Origin: an uncultured bacterium
GTDB taxonomy: Bacteria > Gemmatimonadota > Gemmatimonadetes > Gemmatimonadales > Gemmatimonadaceae
Assembly (NCBI GenBank): GCA_963978095.1
Contig: CAXBQP010000025.1
Span: forward strand, 1-42,939
DNA length: 42,939 nucleotides
Reading direction: 5' to 3'
Shown here in pieces: positions 39,042 through 42,939 of this stretch. Numbering within the stretch: the first letter of the stretch is position 1; every line of letters begins with the position of its first letter. Both the position numbers and the translations under genes were made by a program. The notes beneath the pieces are model-generated. The model was not told the origin of the DNA. It saw only the letters and a program-made list of their open reading frames with translations, and did no database searches.

Positions 39042-39133
39042 CCATTGAATAGGAACAGGTTAGCGTGTTCTGGCGTTCGCAGACACGTGAGCGATCCGCA
39101 GCGTTCCATACCGAAGGCTCGCGGGGTGAATCC

Positions 39134-41305
39134 ATGTCGAACCGAATAGATCCGATGCAACGTTCGTTGACGCTACTGCGTCGCGTCGCCGTCGCGGCGT
39201 TCTTCAGTGCAACCGCCGCGGCGACGTCGCCGCTCGCGGCGCAGGTGGCCGGCGGCACCATGGGTGCCAATGCGGTGGGCGCCGCCAAGAAGGCCATGAC
39301 GGTCGCTGAGATCGAGGCGCTCGTCCGTGGCAAGCAGGCGGCGGTTCTGATTCTCGACAAAGTCGAACAGAACTGTCTCGTGGCATCCCTGACGCCCGCG
39401 GACGAAAAAACCCTGAGCGCCGCGGGCGCGAAGGACGACCTGATCGCCAAGCTCAAAGCGTCGTGCGTGGAGAAGCCCAAGACCACGGCCCTCGCGAGTC
39501 TGCTCGACGACAGCAAGGTGACACCGAAGGTGCGGGAACTGGAGCAGTCGTGCACCGCCGGAGCGGCCGCAGCGTGTGACAGTGCCGCCGCGAAATACGA
39601 GGAAGGCATCTACGCGCCGCAGGACAAGCATCGCGCCGCCGAGCTTTACCTCATGGCCTGCTCGAGCGGGATCGAGGGGGCGTGCGACAAGAGCATCGAT
39701 CTGTACGACACGAGCAAGGACAGCGTCGACATCGTCAACGCCGCCCGGTTGATGGCGGTGCAGTGTGAGCGCAACATCGCCAAGTTCTGCCTGCGCCTGG
39801 GCAAAGGGTTCGAGATCGGCCGTGGCGTGCCGGCCGACCCGGTCCGCGCGGGAAAGATGTATGCGCAGGCCTGTGACTTCGGCGCGGTGGCGGGCTGCGC
39901 GAAAGCCGCCGACGCGATCGAGAAGAACGAACTGTCCACGGCCGACATCGATCGCTGGACGAACATGCGCGAGAAAGCCTGCAAGGACGGTCACGCCGAG
40001 AGTTGCAGCAAACTCGGGGACGCGCTGACCACTGACAAACGCTTTCCCAAAGATCTGGCGCGCGGTGGCGACGCGCTCGTTCGCGCGTGTGACCTGAATG
40101 ATCTGAAGAGTTGCTCCACGATCGCGAACATGGTGGTGAAGAAGGATTACACCAAGAAGGACGCTGCATGGGCGGTCGGCGTGCTGGGCAAGACCTGTGA
40201 GGGTGGCGCGGCGGTCGATTGCGTGACGGCGGGCACCCTGCTGGTGGAGGGGGGCGCGGTGCCGGTCGACAGCGCCGCCGCGGCGAAGCGCTTCGGCGCC
40301 GGCTGTGACGCCAAGAACGTTGTGGGATGCGAGCGTGGCGGCGATCTGGACTATGCCCTGAAGAACTTCACGGCGGCGGCCGCGCACCTGCCGGGCGCCT
40401 GCGACGCGGGGCGCGCCGTGAGCTGCCGTCAGCTGGGGGCGCTGTTCCTGCGTGCGGAGGGGAAGCCCGACTCTGCCCGCGCCCTCGCGAGCCTGAAGGC
40501 CGCGTGTGACAAGAAGGACGGCATCGGTTGCGGCACCCTGGGCGATCTCAAGCGCATCGGTCGTCGCGCGGATCGCAACCTGGTGGACGCCCGCGCGCAC
40601 TATCAGGTGGCCTGCGACGCCGGCGTGGTCGACAGTTGCGTGGAACTCGGCGTGCTGATCGCCACCGGACGCGGCGGCGCGCGCGACTTGGCGGCGGCGG
40701 GCGCCTTGCTCGACAAGGCGTGTGGGTCGCGCTCCACCCGCGGCTGCGTCCAGTCGGCGCGCGTGAAGTTCGTCACCCGCACCACGAAGGATGCGGCACC
40801 GTTCCTGACGCAGTTCGACGAAGCGTGCAAGAACGGCGATCTGGGCGGTTGCGACTACGCGGCCGACCTGTTGATGCGCGGCGAGGGGGTCGCGCGCGAC
40901 GAGAAGCGTGGCGTCACATTCCTGACCACCGCCTGTGACAAAGGCTACGCCGACTCGTGCAACAACCTGGGTGAGGCGTACGTCCGCGGGGCCGGCGTGA
41001 GCAAGGATCGCCCCAAGGCGGCCACGCTGTTCGAGAAAGCGTGCTTGTCCGCCAATCCGCACGGCTGCTGGAACCTGGGCAAGTTGATGCTCAAGGGCGA
41101 CGACGGCATCCCCAAGGACGGCAACAAGGCGCTGGAGCTCTTCAAGGGGTCGTGTGCGGATGACGATTCGTCCGGATGCGTGAGTCTGGCGGAGATGTAT
41201 GATCGTGGCGATCAGGTGGCGAAGGATCGCGATGAGGCCGGCAAGTGGTTCGATCGCGCGTGCACGTTGGGGTGGGACGACCGCCGTTGCCGCGACAAGA
41301 AGTGA
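39134..41305 (+). CDS. Secreted cysteine-rich Sel1-like repeat protein (Hcp-like)
   Basis: Signal peptide (..TSPLAAQ); 16 C-x7-C pairs plus a terminal C-x8-C in ~36-aa SLR repeats (LG..Y..G.GV.KD..KA..LF.KAC); start 39134 or 39155. Confidence 0.9.
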   Translation: MSNRIDPMQRSLTLLRRVAVAAFFSATAAATSPLAAQVAGGTMGANAVGAAKKAMTVAEIEALVRGKQAAVLILDKVEQNCLVASLTPADEKTLSAAGAKDDLIAKLKASCVEKPKTTALASLLDDSKVTPKVRELEQSCTAGAAAACDSAAAKYEEGIYAPQDKHRAAELYLMACSSGIEGACDKSIDLYDTSKDSVDIVNAARLMAVQCERNIAKFCLRLGKGFEIGRGVPADPVRAGKMYAQACDFGAVAGCAKAADAIEKNELSTADIDRWTNMREKACKDGHAESCSKLGDALTTDKRFPKDLARGGDALVRACDLNDLKSCSTIANMVVKKDYTKKDAAWAVGVLGKTCEGGAAVDCVTAGTLLVEGGAVPVDSAAAAKRFGAGCDAKNVVGCERGGDLDYALKNFTAAAAHLPGACDAGRAVSCRQLGALFLRAEGKPDSARALASLKAACDKKDGIGCGTLGDLKRIGRRADRNLVDARAHYQVACDAGVVDSCVELGVLIATGRGGARDLAAAGALLDKACGSRSTRGCVQSARVKFVTRTTKDAAPFLTQFDEACKNGDLGGCDYAADLLMRGEGVARDEKRGVTFLTTACDKGYADSCNNLGEAYVRGAGVSKDRPKAATLFEKACLSANPHGCWNLGKLMLKGDDGIPKDGNKALELFKGSCADDDSSGCVSLAEMYDRGDQVAKDRDEAGKWFDRACTLGWDDRRCRDKK

Positions 41306-42111
41306 GCGTCCGTCCGGGCGTCGTGTGGCCGTGCGCCCGGCGGGTGCTGGCTGCCGTTGCCTGCGTGGTGTTGCCGATCTCCGTGCACGCGCAAAGCGAA
41401 TGGTATTACGGCGCGGCGGGCGCCGCCCAAGGGCGCTATCTGCTGGCCAAGATCCAGGGCTGGCAACGTCCGAGCTGCAAGGATTGCTCGGACGGCACGA
41501 CGCCTCAGGTCGCGATCGACAAGCCGAGTTTGCGCGACATGTACGTGCTCGAGGCGGCGATGCGCGCGTGGACGGCCGAGTCGTTCGCGCTCGCCGGGGA
41601 CCGTGAGTCGGCGCGGTGGCAGGGCGAGTTGGTGCGTTTTTCACTCGAGAATGCCTCGGCGTTGTGCAACAAACCCCGCGATGCAGGGGCAGGGGACGGT
41701 GGGGTGACGAACAAGCTCTGGCCCTGTCCGGCGCCGGCGATCGCGTTCGACACCACGCTGGAGACGATCCCCCTGCTCGAGCGGATCCGTCGGTTGCGTG
41801 AGGCCGAGGAACGGCTGGCGGCGCAGCGCGCGGCCGGCGTGTCGCAGCGTGCCAATATCGAGAAGAGCGTGCACGAGAAGCTGGAACTGGCGACACTGAG
41901 CAGCAAGAAGGGGCTCTTCCTCGATGCAGCGGAGTTGATTGCCGATGCCGTCGCCGAGCTCGCAGCCGGGTGGACGCAGGCGTCGCCCTCCGCGCTGCTC
42001 CCCGATTTGATTCGTGAGGGACGCGAGGGGCTGCTGACGCTCAAGACGGCCTGCGCCGCGGAGCAGCAGTTTGCCAAGTCGCGCAATGCGCCGGCGGTGA
42101 AATGCCCGTGA
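41302..42111 (+). CDS. Secreted hypothetical protein
   Basis: GTGA overlap with the Sel1 gene; signal peptide ..VLPISVHAQ; helical C-terminus. Confidence 0.75.
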   Translation: MSVRPGVVWPCARRVLAAVACVVLPISVHAQSEWYYGAAGAAQGRYLLAKIQGWQRPSCKDCSDGTTPQVAIDKPSLRDMYVLEAAMRAWTAESFALAGDRESARWQGELVRFSLENASALCNKPRDAGAGDGGVTNKLWPCPAPAIAFDTTLETIPLLERIRRLREAEERLAAQRAAGVSQRANIEKSVHEKLELATLSSKKGLFLDAAELIADAVAELAAGWTQASPSALLPDLIREGREGLLTLKTACAAEQQFAKSRNAPAVKCP

Positions 42112-42126
42112 TGTGCGCGTGACGCG

Positions 42127-42939
42127 ATGATGCTTTGGTTGCTCGCCGCGTTGGCGGGGTCCGCCGCAGCGGTGACGCAGTATCGGTTCGGGGTCCGGGC
42201 GAACGCTCGTCTTCCGCTGGTGTTGCGCGCGTCCGTGTACACGATGGCCTGTGCGCTGGTACTGGACGCGCCCATCGGGCCGGCATCCTCCGTGGGGCAC
42301 TATGTGGCACTGGACGCGTCCGCGAGCTGGCAGGTCGCCGGGAATGGCGCGTTGTGGAGCAAGGCGCGCGCCGCCGCGGAAGGTGCCGGCGGCGACACCC
42401 TCTTGCTCCTCGGGGATTCGCTTCGCGTGGGGCCGATTCCGACCGCGCCCACCGATGGCGCGTCCCGCGTCGCCCCGCTGGTGGAGCGTGTCCTTGGCGC
42501 CGGTCGCCCCGTGGTGTTGGTGACGGACGGGCGACTCGACGACGCGGCCCGCTTGGCGGAATTGCCCGCGGGCTCACGGGTGATCGCCCTCGACGGCTCG
42601 GGCACGCGCGATGCGGCCCTGGTCTCCCTGGATGGGCCGTCGGCGGTGGTGGCCGGTGACACGGTGGAATTTGTCATAGTGGTCCGCGGCGGCGCCGCGG
42701 GGGCGGCCGCGGGACGCGTGGAGCTGACGTTGTCCGGTGCGTCGATCGGCGGGACGGCGATCGACGCGGTCGCTCCGTACGCGGAGCGGGAGGTCAAACT
42801 CCGGACCGCGATCGGCGGGGAGCCGGGGTTCCGGCTCCTGCGCGCGGTGGTCACGAGTGCGGGGGACGCGATCGCCCGCAACGACACCTTGCTCGCATCG
42901 TTGGAGGTCGCTCGCGGGGCATCGGCGGTGTTCGTTTCG
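42127..42939 (+). CDS. Membrane-anchored vWA-like (MIDAS) protein, 3'-truncated by the window edge
   Basis: Frame open from ATG 42127 to the end: MMLWLLAALAG.., two hydrophobic segments, VALDASAS (DxSxS), VLVTDG, then an Ig-like segment ending D..ARND. Confidence 0.75.
   Translation, partial: MMLWLLAALAGSAAAVTQYRFGVRANARLPLVLRASVYTMACALVLDAPIGPASSVGHYVALDASASWQVAGNGALWSKARAAAEGAGGDTLLLLGDSLRVGPIPTAPTDGASRVAPLVERVLGAGRPVVLVTDGRLDDAARLAELPAGSRVIALDGSGTRDAALVSLDGPSAVVAGDTVEFVIVVRGGAAGAAAGRVELTLSGASIGGTAIDAVAPYAEREVKLRTAIGGEPGFRLLRAVVTSAGDAIARNDTLLASLEVARGASAVFVS

Noticed and set aside
84..41896. Many long antisense or alternate-frame ORFs (e.g. 84-2522, 10947-12983, 20941-22887, 39173-41896)
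   Set aside because: Shadow ORFs of high-GC genes. They overlap well-supported CDSs and carry no recognisable motifs.
1..42939. CRISPR arrays, IS elements, prophage or defence genes
   Set aside because: No repeat-spacer arrays, transposases, integrases or phage genes were recognised.

Overview
High-GC bacterial chromosome segment. Gene content and order suggest Gemmatimonadota (inference only). Order of features: (1) a 5'-truncated chimeric ORF, amidohydrolase fused in frame to an N-terminally truncated PaaZ, which may be a misassembly; (2) a secreted hypothetical protein; (3) a ~0.9 kb non-coding region with DnaA boxes and an AT-rich tract that looks like oriC, with no dnaA beside it; (4) tilS-hpt-ftsH; (5) yggS-divIVA-punA-ileS (type 2, GIHH motif)-dksA/traR-like-lspA-rluD; (6) a translationally coupled module of a DnaA-AAA+-only ATPase, a DUF4388/MshEN/wHTH/TPR protein and a TPR protein, followed by an HEXXH peptidase; (7) a small membrane protein, tRNA-Val(TAC) and a secreted TPR protein; (8) a dcw cluster from rsmH to ftsZ lacking mraZ, murB and ddl; (9) a highly structured intergenic RNA candidate; (10) a cysteine-rich Sel1/Hcp-like protein operon. 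Most notable: the DnaA-like ATPase/MshEN module, the origin candidate, a shared ~57-aa two-Cys domain in two unrelated secreted proteins, apparently leaderless transcription, and the GIHH IleRS.
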